Of a stretch of DNA of 64,000 nt, positions 1 to 12,321 are shown piece after piece. The translations under genes were made by a program, and so were the position numbers. Within the stretch, counting starts at the first letter, position 1. Each line of letters starts with the position of its first letter. The notes beneath the pieces are model-generated. The model worked only from the letters and a program-made list of their open reading frames with translations. It was not told the DNA's origin and ran no database searches. The stretch comes from Callorhinchus milii. Its lineage: Eukaryota. Location of the stretch: the NCBI RefSeq assembly GCF_018977255.1, contig NW_024704742.1:92072001-92136000 (forward strand), read 5' to 3'.

Positions 1-110
1 ATAGGATCTAAAAGTTCAACATTACATGCTTTATAAGTTCTCATGTTCTCTCCACACCCCACTTCTCCCATTCAAAGGCCGAAACATTATAGTACAGAGT
101 AGGTGTCTAT

Positions 111-183
111 AATAATAATAATCATTGCATTTGATATAGGGCTTTTCACGTCTTCTAGACATCTCAAAGTGCTTCACAGAATA
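111..183 (-). mobile_element. SINE 3' tail fragment ((ATT)n-tailed family)
   Basis: Reverse complement reads ...gtgaagcactttgagatgtctagaagacgtgaaaagccctatatcaaatgcaatgattattattatt, the same tail as the full copy at 62140-62457. Confidence 0.8.
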
Positions 184-1560
184 GAATGTTTTCTTAAGCT
201 TCGCTCTGACAAAAGTTGTACAAAACTTTTACAGCACAAAAATCCCTATTTGTTTCAGAACAGTCCAACTGACAATTCCTCCATTTTCTGCAAGATTCAG
301 AAATATAAGTTACCCTCTTGTTTTTTTCCCCACACTTTTGTTTGGATCCAGATCCAAAAATATTGACCTTAACCAACAAGCAAAAACAAACCAAAACAAT
401 GGGTAAGAAAATGCAAAAATGTTCCCTTTCCATTAACAGGCCTCAGAAAGCTAAACTGGAGATTCAGTTCAAACAATCACTGTGCTTTTCAAGGTCTACT
501 CTAGTTCAAGAATCACTAGAATTTCACCAATAAACTCAATGGAGAGAAGTTCCAAGCTTCAAATAACAGTGAGCTTGTTTCTCCACCAGTTTAGTTATTT
601 ATAAAATTCCATGCTACTTTTGAACTCAAAAGATTAACATTAACTCAAAAGGATGACAATGTTTTGGTTTCATCTTAGCTATTTTGCATACTGTTACTTT
701 TCCCTGACTGACTGGATATTTACAAACTTCTACTATATAGTGTGTAGTCATGCAGTAAATAAACGTGTCCTCTGAAAGTAGTCTACAATACTTCAATGAA
801 GAACTATTCAGCTGTTGCAAAATTTTGAGTTATCCGAATGTAAAGCCAGCCAAATGGAAAACTTTGCCTTCCCTTTCGAAAGTCCATGACAACTTCCATT
901 TCCAAATCTTTGCTGATAGTGTGATGGGTTTCCTCTCCTACATCCATTAACGTTTGGCCACCATATGATTTGAAATTGTGAAAGTCGTACTACAGTAGAA
1001 CAAACACACTCCCAATATTCCTGAACACGTTTGGTCAGTATCCATTAAGACAAACTAGTCCTGATCCACAAATTACAAAAGCATTTTAATTTCACACATT
1101 AAGATATCGTTGGCAAGTAGGCCCAAGTTTGCTCATCAAGAACCCCAGTTTTAAATGACCATGTTGCTTTCTGAATGAAAATAGATAATTCAGGCAACAC
1201 CAGGTGCTTCCTTTCACATTAATTTATTCAGATGATTTTGGAATTTCAAGAAGCGTTCTAGCAAATCACAAGGAACTGAGAAGTTGCGAGATTGAAGCAA
1301 CACCTCTAAGCTCCTCAACAAACAACCTTCTCCCCATTCTGTCAAACTCAGCTCTTTCACTCTCTAAGGAGAACTTTGAACATGACAGAAGTATATTCCT
1401 TTTGGTACCTGCATCTTATTTTAGGCCGTGTCTTTTTTATAGGTGACCACGGGTTTCTCAGTTAGCTTTTACTTGTGCGTTTTGAAATACTGTCATAACC
1501 ATGAAGGTCTACGTCAGAATATTCCGGAATTATTTTCAATCCTTCCTTAAAGAAAATGAT

Positions 1561-1600
1561 CAACAACAACAACTTGCATTTATATAGCACCCTTCACCTG
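1561..1600 (-). mobile_element. L2 LINE extreme 3' tail
   Basis: (CAA)n followed by cttgcatttatatagcaccc, as at the 3' ends of the longer L2 copies. Confidence 0.65.
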
Positions 1601-1810
1601 GTTCTAAAAATACAGCAGTTGGGAAAAAATTCACTCAATTGTATTATTGATAATCTTCAGACACAAAATTTCCATTAACAACAAAAACACAGAAGTATTT
1701 CATTTAAATGTTCCAATACATCATCCAGTGGGCACCTTAATTGAGATAGTAACCTCATGGCACATTGTTTTAAATTTTTTTAAAAAAAACCACTATAAAT
1801 TCTACCAAAC

Positions 1811-2065
1811 CTTGGAAGTAGCTGAACCGTATTCTCAAACTAGCTGCGGACCAGGGCTTAACTGTAGTTGGGAGCGCAGCAGAAGCAGATTTTTTTTAAA
1901 AAAAATTCAACTCATTCATTCATGAGGTTCTCAAAATATTGTTTTGGATCTTGAGAGATCCTCCAGAAGGAAAGGCTTCTCTGCCCTTGAGGTTCGCCCC
2001 ACAAGAAACATCTAAGAACTCCTACATGATGAGTTGTCCCACTATTCCTGCACCGCCGCAGATCA
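1811..2065 (-). other. Candidate non-coding (5' UTR) exon of a minus-strand gene
   Basis: Minus-strand acceptor ccttctgtttttgtcaag| at 2066-2067 and weaker donor aag|gtttgg at 1809-1810; unique sequence with no convincing ORF; downstream of the promoter-like block. Confidence 0.3.
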
Positions 2066-3234
2066 CTTGACAAAAACAGAAGGCACTCCATCCAAGGCTT
2101 CCAACAAATGTCTCCAAAACACACGTTCAAACCATCCAACATCACGTTTTAAACACATCTACCTGATGGCCAGGAATGGATCACCACCACCACCCAAACC
2201 AACCACCACCACCTAAAATGCCAACCTGAACATGGGGTGGTGGGGGGAGGGGAGGGGAGGGGGGAGGGACTCTTCAAAAAAAAATTAGTTACCAAAACAA
2301 AAAAGAAAAAAAAAAGAAACCTCTCCTTTTTCCAAAAGGAGGAGGAGGAGAGGGGTGTGAGGGGGAGAGAGAGAGAGAGAGAGAGAGAAACCTCGGTCTC
2401 CTCAAGAAGTCAGGGTTGAAGCTCTTTCTTTCTCCACCATTTTCTGCAATGTGAGGGAAGGACAATGACATGGCCTATACCTGAGTGAGCACCAGGGGGA
2501 GGGGAGGGGAGGCTCTGGCGCTTCCAGTGGCAGCAGCACATCCAGAGCCCCAAAGGCAGACGGTCCTCCAACGCACAACTCACTCCCTCCCACCACCACC
2601 ACAGCAACTGCTCACACGCAAAAATGGCTTCACATCCACATCGAGCTCAGGGGGGGACGGGGGGGGGGGGACTCATTCCTATGGTCCCTCATGTTGCAAA
2701 GCACAGCTTGTGGTAGCCACAAAGCCCCCCCCACTCCCCCTCTCCTTTGCCTCTTCCCCTCCTCCTCCTCCTCCTCCCAAGTCAAGAAAGAGGTAGACCT
2801 TGTGAGAGGAGAAAAGCCACCCCCGGGTGAGTGAGTGAGTGAGTGGTGCAGAGAAGGGAAGAACACAAGAGGAGGAGGAGGAGGGAGGGAGAGGGGTTTG
2901 GTGTGCTGGTGGCCTATGAGGAAATGCAATGGTTTCCAGCCTGGCTCTTGCCGCTGCCTTTGTGTCTAGACTTGGACCAACAGCAGCTGCAACAGCAGCA
3001 ACTCGAGGGGGAGCTGAATGGAGAGAAGGGGAACTGCTGGAGCTCCAGCTCCTTCCTGCCCCTGAAACCAAAGCACCCTCTTTGCAATGGCTTCTCTCTC
3101 TCTCCCTCTCTCTCTTTCTGTGTGTGTCTTTCTTTCTCCTCTGCCCCTCTCTCTCTCTCTCTCTCTGGAGCAAAGAGAGTGAGGGAGTGAGTGAGAAAGA
3201 AAAGCTCAACACTTTCCTCTCAACTCACAGCAAA

Positions 3235-3613
3235 GAGAGAGAGAGAGAGACAGAGATCCAGAGAAGATCCAGAGAGAGAGAGAGAGAGGAGATCCAGAGA
3301 GAGAGAGAGGGGAGATCCAGAGAGAGAGGAGATCCAGAGAGAGAGCAGATCCAGAGAGAGAGAGAGAGAGGAGATCCAGAGAGAGAGCAGATCCAGAGAG
3401 AGAGAGAGAGAGGAGATCCAGGGAGAAAGAGAGAGGAGATCCAGAGAGAGAGAGAGAGGAGATCCAGAGAGAGAGAGAGAGGAGATCCAGAGAGAGAGAG
3501 AAAGAGTGAGGAGATCCAGAGAGAGAGAGTGAGGAGATCCAGAGAGAGAGTGAGGAGATCCAGAGAGTGAGGAGATCCAGAGAGAGAGAGAGGAGATCCA
3601 GAAAGAAAGATCC
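3235..3613 (+). repeat. Compound minisatellite (GA)n-GGAGATCCA
   Basis: 18 AGATCC cores counted, separated by variable-length GA tracts. Confidence 0.95.
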
Positions 3614-4369
3614 TCCACCACAGTCCTCCTCCAGAGAGAGAAGAGAGAAAGAAAAGAGAAAGCAACAGCAGCACCAACACCACACAGACAAACGCACACA
3701 AAACCCACCTCTCTCTGGAAGCAAAGTCCCTGTAGAGATCTCCGTGCCGAGACACCCGGCTTGCCCCCCCCCCCAACATGCACAAGGGAGGGAGGAGGGA
3801 GGGAGGGAGGGAGGGAAGGTGGAGAGAGGAAGAGAGCGAGAGGAGGTGGAGAGAAGGAAGGAGGGAGGGAGGGAGGGAAGGTGGAGAGACACACAGAGAG
3901 ATCTTCCCTTGTTTAAATGGAGATGTGAGTGTGGTTCAGCCGCACGTTCCCAGTCCTCCCTCTCCCCCCCTCCCCCCCCCAAGTCCTTGCAAAGACCGTG
4001 TGGATCCCAACCTCTCTCTCTCTCTCTCCTCTTTCTTTCTCCTCTTTCCTTTCCAACCCACCAGTCACCAAACAACAACAACAACAACAACAAAGAGCAA
4101 GGATTCCCCCCCCACCCACCCACCCACCACCAGCACCAGCACCAGAGAAAAACACACTTAAAACCCCACACAAACCAAAGCCACAAATAAATCTAAACAA
4201 AATATATTTGCAGATTTGCGACCGACCCTCGAAACTAATTGATCAGCAGGAACTTTTTTTTTAATTGTCATTTATTTTTTTTAATATATATATATAAAAA
4301 AATCTATATCATGGAAGAGAGAGAGATATATATATATATGTATATATATCCCCGACGGGATTCACTTAC

Positions 4370-4780
4370 AGGATGTCCTTCTCCTCCTGTGGCGATCCCA
4401 GCCCAGCCCAGCCCCAGCTGCTCTGCTCTGCTCTCCCTGTGTGCGTCTCCCTCCCTCACTCCCTCTCTCCCTCTCTCTCTGGCTCGATGGCTTCAGTAAA
4501 GTTGTCTCATGAATGTGTGTGTGTGTGTGGGGGGTTTGTGCAAACGTATCTGTGTGTGCAAATGTATCTGTGTGTGCAAACGTGTGTGTGTGCAAATGTG
4601 TGTGTGCAAATGTATCTGTGTGTGCAAATGTATCTGTGTGTGCAAATGTATCTGTGTGTGCAAATGTGTGTGTGTGTTTGTGTATGTATGTGTGTGTGTG
4701 TGTGTGTGCAAGATCTACAGGATCGCCATCTTTCCGCTCCTTGCTGCTAAACTGCAGTTGACCTGATCTGTGACGGGCAC
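4370..4780 (-). other. Candidate first (non-coding) exon of a minus-strand gene
   Basis: Minus strand has GCGGAAAGATGGCG (ETS-like plus YY1 motif) at 4725-4738 and a perfect donor cct|GTAAGT at 4364-4369; TSS position approximate. Confidence 0.5.
4514..4710 (+). repeat. Compound (TG)n minisatellite, ~18-bp unit TGCAAATGTATCTGTGTG
   Basis: 8 TGCAAA cores embedded in TG tracts. Confidence 0.95.
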
Positions 4781-5566
4781 AAGAAGAAGAAGAAGAAGAG
4801 AGAGAGAGAGAAAGAGAAAGAAAGAGAGAGAGAGAAAAAAAAGTTGATGACAAAGCGCCAGTCAGGGAGGGTGGAGGGGGGGGGGGTGGGGGGGTGCAGG
4901 GCTCCAGTTAGAAAGAGTTGAGCGCGCCAGCCTGTGGTGGTGTGGTGTGGTGATGGTGGGAATGAGTGAGAGGACATGGGGAGGGAGGGAGGGAAGGAGA
5001 AAGAAAGAAAGAGAGAGAGAGAGAGCGAGAGAGAACAAGGTTCCTCAAGGCAAAGTGCCAATCTAACAGGTGCCAAAAGGCACAATCTTTTCTTCTTTCT
5101 TTCCTCTCTTTTTTTTTTAGCCAGAAAAAAACCAATTTGCAAAGATGCACGATCTGCAAGTACACACAAGTCATCTGGTTGCACACACTCACACACTCTT
5201 CTCACACACACTCTCACGCTCAAGGAAAAAAAAACGACAAAGAAAGTCAGTTCATCTCCACATTTGTGGAAGTTTGCAAACTGGGCAGCTTTAATCCCAA
5301 GGAGCACTCGAATGCAAGTGTTGGGAAGGGAAGGAAAGGGGGAGAGAGAGTTCCTGGTGTCACCTTCTGTTGTTGCTTTTTTTTTAAGTGAAACAAACGA
5401 ATCTGAGCATTCTCCTGCTCCTTGACAAGTTGGTTGAATGTCTCCATGTGGGGTGTTTAGTGTGTGACACAGGGGGTGGGTGGGGGGATGGGGGAGAGGG
5501 GGAGACTCCTCTCCTTTGCTCAGACACTTGCTGTTTGCATCCCTCCTGGGAAAGTGAACTAGTCTG

Positions 5567-5574
5567 TGACGTCA
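5567..5574. promoter_or_regulatory. Palindromic CRE (TGACGTCA)
   Basis: Exact CREB/ATF palindrome ~0.8 kb upstream of the candidate minus-strand TSS, with a TGACGTGG site near 5765; function unproven. Confidence 0.4.
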
Positions 5575-6558
5575 GGTGCTGCCCAAGGAGATACATTGAG
5601 GAGGTCCTGCAACCAAGTGTCACTTCAGTACCTGCTGAGCAAACAGTTTACTGGGCAACCAGCAGCAAATGCTTAATGTAGGGAACTAGTTTGAGAGCAT
5701 TCGTCCTCACGACGCTGGTAAACAAGGGAAGGGTTGTACATCAGCAACAGCAGCAAATCAGGCTTGACGTGGCTGCTATCTCCTGCGGGTAGTCAGTTGC
5801 AAAGCAACATACCTTCAAGTAGCCTGTGTGATCAACATACTAAGGGAGGCAGAAAGCTTTCGAGACTTTGAAGCTATGTAGATCAGATGAAGCTGAGATT
5901 GCTGTAGGAAGCACAAAGGCACTAGAGAAGTAGCAGAGAGAAATCTTCAAAAGTGCATCAGAAATTCAATGCACAATTGTGACATTCCTTCACAGGCAAA
6001 GCTTACTGCAAAGCTCATTTCTCTATTTTCCAGTGTACGTTTCATCTCTTTTTCCTTTCATCTTGCCTTCTATGCCTCACTAATATGTTAATTCATTAAA
6101 CTCAAATTTAGATTTGGTGTGTCTGAAATAGAAAACAAAGCCATGCATGGAATGGTCCAGAAATTGTTTCACTCCAAAGATCCGGGAGAAAATGATTGGT
6201 CAAACGCACCTCAAATCTACTGGTACAACCATCTATCTATGTTTCTTCTCATGAACTCCAGCACATCCACTTTTATCACTTTGAAATAAAAGTTACCAAA
6301 TCACTGTTATAGAATTTAGTTTCTGCTCCAACTGTGTTCAAGCACTACTGATCTGACTAATAGGCTGGTTTACTTTTCTTCTTGTTGAATATATATTAAT
6401 GATATTGTCCTCCATATCTCTTACTTCATTCAAAATGTTCATCCACTTATGAGAAGTTTTATGTATTCCTTTCATAGAAAGTGTACTTGACCTTCAGAGA
6501 ATCATCAAAAAGATGAGTAACTGGGTTTGCATAATTCGTATTAAAAATATCGCCATCA

Positions 6559-6730
6559 TGACAACACCAACAACAACAACTTGCACTTATATAGTGCCCT
6601 CCATGCAGGGTAGCCTCTCAGAGCTTAACAGTGGTGAAGCCTGACTCCGAGCCGGGGGGAGTGGGGAGATAGCCATAAGTGCATTTGAAGAGGAAAGTCT
6701 TCAGGCGGGACTTGAACGGGGGGAAAGAGG
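6559..6730 (-). mobile_element. L2 LINE 3' fragment (tail type B)
   Basis: (CAA)n tail plus similarity to 54340-54500 and 25966-26092. Confidence 0.8.
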
Positions 6731-8439
6731 TCTTTAACAGGCCCAGACTGTTGCAATATTTGTCAATTCACATGAATTCACAGACTGTTAAGAAGATTTC
6801 TGAACCTTAGGCTGGATGCCCTGATGATTTTGACATATGTTATCTCCCTTATATATTCTTAGATCCAAGGCAAATTTTGAACAAGGTAGACAAGAAAATA
6901 CATCTTGTCCAGATTTCATTGGTTGCACTTTGGATAAGAAGATATAGATACCCTTAAATCTAGATCCAATTATAGGCAAAAGGTTTAATTATCCATATCT
7001 TGTGAAGCACTTTGAGAAGTCCTACCAATGTGAAATGTAAGGAAGGATTATTATTATACAGTATTAATATAAAAGTGATACAAACAGGTTCTGGTTAGAA
7101 CGCTACAAAAATTATAACACGAGTAGATAACAACTTGATCTAATAAATCTAAATATTGTAGGATATTTATTTTCCTATTAATTCATAATTTTCTTCATTT
7201 TGCCATTTTCTCTGATCTTAAAAAAATCATCAAAAGCGGAGCATGGAAGCAAGACATTAAAGTAAATTACTCAAAATTTCAATATAGCAGTAACTTTGAA
7301 CATAGGTCACCTTGAATCTATCTAAAACCTTTGATACGGAAGCAATCTCCAGAGTGCAAGAAAAAAATATTCGTACATAGATTTTGCTCACAGTGTGTGC
7401 TTAATTACCATCTCTTTGCAGAATCCATTCTGCATTATCTCACTAATAATCATGTGTTTTCCAGCCTTTTTCAGAGACTTCTATTGTTATCTGTTAATTG
7501 TGGCACACTTACACCCTATTCTTCTAACAGTAATACAATCTGAAGATACAAATCGGTTTCCACTAAATGGTTCATTGTATCTCCATTAAGATCCAATTAT
7601 AGCCAAAAGGTTCAATTATCCATATCTTCAAATAATTCTATCTGCCCCTACATTCATCCTTTTATCTGAAATATATCTCAAACACAACTTCACAAGAATG
7701 CCACTTGCTGCATGATAAATTAATAAGACAAGGATTTTGAGAAAACACTGCCAAAGTTAAAGCCTTTTTTTGTTTTTGGCTCAATCAATAGCAAATTTCT
7801 TCAAGCTCAATGGAATTAATTCAATTTTTACTCTGGGCAGCTGTCAATAAAACTTCAATTTCTCTGGGTGAGACTTAAAACAGGCATGACATAGGTACAG
7901 CAGGCCAATTGGCTCATTCTGCTCTGAAATTTCCATGGTAAGTGCAATCAAACTAGTAAAATTGTGTCTTAGCTGTTGTGTAATGTTCTGCTGTTCTGAG
8001 ATTTTTATTCTGGTCAAACAGCGTCTGATTTATCCAGTTTTGCAATTGGAATGGTATGATAATCTCTATTGTTTAAAATCATCTTCAGTGAGTCATAAAT
8101 AATTTATGCATTAGGCTAAACCTGCAAAAAAATTCTTTCAGATCTATTTTATTCTGTGATTTCTTTTCTCCTCCTTGGAGAGGAAGACATTTGAACAATG
8201 GTAATCTCCTTAATAGCTGCCTACAGCTGACTAGCCAAGGAAGGATACTTTTACTTGAGTCCAGCAAATACAGCTGAACCTATTTATATGACATTGGCAA
8301 CATTGATTTGATTAAACATATTCCATAGATAGGTGGATGGGTAAATCAATGTTCTGTTATTCATACTGTTAAAATATAATGTTTCTCGTTCATTAACAAT
8401 GTGCCAGAGAATGGACACAATTCAATTGCTGGTACCATT

Positions 8440-8564
8440 GGTGTCCTGGCCAAGGACCCCCCAAATAGAATTGATCATTCACTTCATGGCTGTTTGTGGG
8501 ACATTGTTGTGTGCAAATCGGCTGCCCTGTTCACTTATAAACGACACTGTCCTTGCACTTTACA
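8440..8564 (+). mobile_element. Deu-domain SINE internal fragment
   Basis: gctgtttgtgggacattgttgtgtgcaaatcggctgcc matches the Deu-domain core. Confidence 0.8.
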
Positions 8565-8658
8565 GCCCCAGAATTGTGATTTGGTTGGAAATCACCAAGT
8601 CTCCCTTCTGTTGAGCCTGATTCTGTCAAACAAAGTAGTAAACTGGACAAATACATTT

Positions 8659-8750
8659 AATAATAATAAATAATCCTTGCATTTGATATAGCACATTTCA
8701 CGTCGGGAGGACGTCCCAAAGCGCTTCACAGAATATACTGTAATTTGCAC
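8659..8750 (-). mobile_element. SINE 3' tail fragment
   Basis: (AAT)n-ccttgcatttgatatagc...aagcgcttcacagaatatactgtaa. Confidence 0.8.
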
Positions 8751-11129
8751 AGTATCCTCATAAATGAACCACCTCTAGATGCAAGATCTTAGATTTGAAG
8801 ACAACAGTCAATGGCTCAGCATCTCACTTTGTAACGCATTTCATCTAGAAGCTCAATGAGCATCTTTGAGTTTGATTTTAAGATTAGCAACTTCCCCTTT
8901 GTTCTTTCAGATGTTTCTCTTGATTTAATCAGTTAACAACCCACGAGATGATGAATAAATGCATTGGGGGGAAATAATCTTATGATAATTTCTAGCCATA
9001 AATCCATCAAATGAGTGAAAACTTAACATATTCTCACATGACATTGGATTTCTCACAGTAGAAGATACTTCATTAACAAATACTCCTAAATGTTAGAAGT
9101 TCACTTATCAACCGTGGGACCACATTAATTTGTCTGTGCCAAAGGGTATTGGTTTGCTCCAATGATATAGGGGCTGACTATCACTTGAATTGCTTTGTAA
9201 TAATAATACTCTTTACATTTCATATAAAGTGTAATATGCCAATTTGCACATAGAGATGTTGTCCATAGCATCTCCAGTGCACAATGTTATTTGAAGTGAA
9301 ATGTGATAGTACATGGAAATCCACACAAAATAGTTATTCCCATGCTGCCTCATGGCAATATTTTAAAAAGGATGAGTCAAATGGGACACTCACATATGTG
9401 CAGATATATCATGGCTTTCTAAGATTTAGGATTATATGATATTCATAGAATACATTCCTTTTTATAACATATAAGTGGTTTAGGCTTCATTCTTTAGGCT
9501 TTCCATAGTAATTTACGCAGTCCAAAGGAGGGCGCTCATCTGCATGCTGGTTGGAAGCCTAGTCATATGATAAAATTCGACCCTTCCTGCTATATCCTAT
9601 GCCCTGTGATTGTTTGGGACGTTCTCATTACATGAAACGCACTATATAAATGTAATTTGTTGTTGTTGGTAAGTAGCCACTTTGCGAACTATCAGTTTGC
9701 TGACAGGAAGAGATCTTGAAAGAGTTGGTACTGTATGTGAGTGGACGATCCAATCTCAGATTATTATGATAAGTAATATATCTTCTTGAGCATCATACCA
9801 AATCCTCCATTTACAAGCAGATGGCTGACTACCAAAGCAGTATGTACTCAGAACAGGGTTGACAAATAAACAAAGTAATCCAAACAAATAAGTAAAAGTA
9901 ACAAACGGATATACAAATAAGAAGTATCCTTGAGAAATATTAAAAGCAATTAAATAATAAAAAATAATTGTCTAGGGCTTTCCGGTTGCAAGATCCAAGG
10001 TACAGTGAGTCTGGTAAATGTATGGTTAGATGATACTGTATATAGTTACCTTGAAGATTTACTTAATGGGACAAGCAAGGGCTGTCACAAAGGATGAGGC
10101 AGTCACTCCATTAAATAGTTTAAAGAAATTAATCATCCAGCACTGTACTTATCCAATGTGTGTGTGCAAAATGATCTTTTGTGAAGGTACCAAAGGTATT
10201 TGAAGAGAATGAAGAGGACAAGAGGTGTTTCTTTGGAAAGTAGAGTTATTTTTGTATTTTGAATAACAAATCCTGCAAAAGAAAACAATGAGGGGACATG
10301 TGAGTTATTGAGGAGGTTCTGGATGAACCACTGAAGAGAAATCAGGAGCCAGTGCTCACTAAGTAAGTTTGGTGTGATAAGGTTGATAGTTGCACTCATT
10401 TTCCTATTACGGTATTTAGAATTGTTGGACATCCCAAGTAGCACAGTTGGATTGAGAACTGTAGAAGGGACCAGAAGCTTCTGGGTTGGAATCCCTATGG
10501 ATCTTTCTGAGGCTGATAACATGTGCACCGTGTCAAAATATATCCATGTGAGAGAACATGGAAGTGTGGTTTCACATTAATCCAAGGTGGATATGGATAC
10601 AAGCCAACAGCCTTAAGCAGTGGGACAGTACAAGCTGGGAAAGTGCTGTGCTGCATGATTAATTTTACTTGGTTATTTGAAAGAATAGAGGTAAAGGAGA
10701 GAATGCATAGGAAAAACAGTTTTCCTTCAGATTATAGAAGAAACGACCATTACATAATCAGTGTGGATGGGGAAACCTAAAGCCAAATCTGGGGAACCTT
10801 CCCATTCTCCAGGGCTCCATAGAAGGATCTATTTTCCTCTCTAAATGCAGCACTATGAGAAAATGGATAAATATTACAAGTTAAATAGTGGATCGCCAGA
10901 AACAATCATGAAAGTTGACAGTTCGACAGAAATACTGTATCAAGCTAATGAAACACATTGTCTAGTCATGGCACCCATATGTGCATTGAATAAGGGAAAC
11001 TGTGAGGTATCCATTAATAAATGGTTTGTATCCCAAACTGCATAACTGGGCTTGTGATGGTGCGAAGAAATGCTACCTTTACTGAAATTGTGGCATCCAA
11101 TGCGAATGCAGTTCACGGTGGACTTTGAA

Positions 11130-11485
11130 TTCATATAATCTAGGCTAACACTAATACATGCTAGAGGCATGCCGTATTGATGGAGGAGGTGCCGTCCTTC
11201 AAATGAGATGGGAAACTGTCTGTCTGTTCAAGTGAACGGCAAAGATTCCATGGCACTAGAAAAGAGAAGGGAGTTTCTCCCAGTGCACTGGCCAACAATC
11301 CCCCAAATAACATTGGTCATTCACTTCATGGCCATTTGTGGGACATTTGCTATGAACAAATTGGCTGCTGTTTTCACTTACAGAATATACAATCGCTATA
11401 CTTTACAGTAAATACTGTGAAGCACTTTGAGGCATCCTCCTGGCCTGAAAGGCACGATATCAGATGCAAAGATTGTACTTTTTTT
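11130..11485 (+). mobile_element. Old Deu-SINE (SacSINE1/LmeSINE1-like), 5'-truncated
   Basis: ataatctaggcta...ggaggtgccgtccttc...aagattccatggcac, then Deu core and L2-type tail. Confidence 0.85.
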
Positions 11486-11684
11486 TTAATTGATAGCTCA
11501 TTTAAAACAAGCCTACCAGGATTTAACTAGGAAGGAGTGGACTGATACAAATGTTACAGCAAGGGTGTGCGAGCTGGGATAGAGATAAGTCTCCAGCAAA
11601 ATATTTTGCATCTGCAAAACAAACAATGGGAGAACAGAAACAGAATCTGTTGTAAAATTATTAAATTCCATGTTATGTTGATTA

Positions 11685-11855
11685 TTATAATAATAATAAT
11701 AAAACTTGCATTTGGTATAGTGCCTTACATTATCATTGAGGTGACTCAAAGTGCTTCACAGAATATATTGTAAAGTGAACTGATCTTGTATTGTGGGCAA
11801 AATGCGACAGCCAGTTGTGCTCAGCAGCGTCCCACAAACAGTTGTGGATTGAGTG
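11685..11855 (-). mobile_element. SINE 3' half (young family)
   Basis: (AAT)n tail and Deu core cccacaaacagttgtggattgag. Confidence 0.8.
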
Positions 11856-12321
11856 TCCATATTTCTTTCATATATTAAGGACCAGCACAGGAATGCTCCT
11901 GACACATTTTCATTGGAGATTTGATCTGCCAGGATTCTAGGATTGAACATTTTCAATTAAATGTTTTTATAATGTTTGTAACTCCTTCAGAATAAAATTG
12001 AATGTTGGTCCATTGTTTATCTTCCATGGCATTTAACTTCTCCCACAAATAATGGAGCCATACAAGATACACTAAGACCCTTATTGAAATGTGGGATCAT
12101 CCATCTATTTCCGGTAAAATGCTGGATTTAATTTCAATAGATGTAGCACATGCACAACACTTCATTAGAAGCATACATTGAAAGATAATTTTCACCAAGA
12201 GAAAAGTAATTATTCAGGCTGTGCTGGGGTAATTAAAATGGCAATACTGGAAATCCAGGCAATACAGGAAACATGAAGACAGGAAAGAAACAACAACCCA
12301 AGGAAACAGATTATCATATCA

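Larger units (their letters stand above)
2230..5510. promoter_or_regulatory. GC-elevated, low-complexity promoter/first-exon region (GA, GGA, CA microsatellites, poly-G/poly-C runs)
   Basis: Clear compositional shift from the AT-rich flanks, more CpG, G-runs at 2234-2268, 4865-4900 and 5472-5502, and no SINE/LINE insertions. Confidence 0.6.

Noticed and set aside
3235..3613. CRISPR-like regularly spaced repeat
   Set aside because: The spacers are only (GA)n, the core is ~9 nt, the context is vertebrate and there are no cas genes
2679..5425. Many long ORFs (up to 326 aa) rich in RE, SL, CV and HT
   Set aside because: They are translations of GA/TG microsatellites that lack stop codons in several frames; no domain content
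10133..10900. Cluster of 66-131 aa ORFs in purine-rich sequence, possible viral or LTR relic
   Set aside because: No recognisable motif in any frame; cannot be supported without a search
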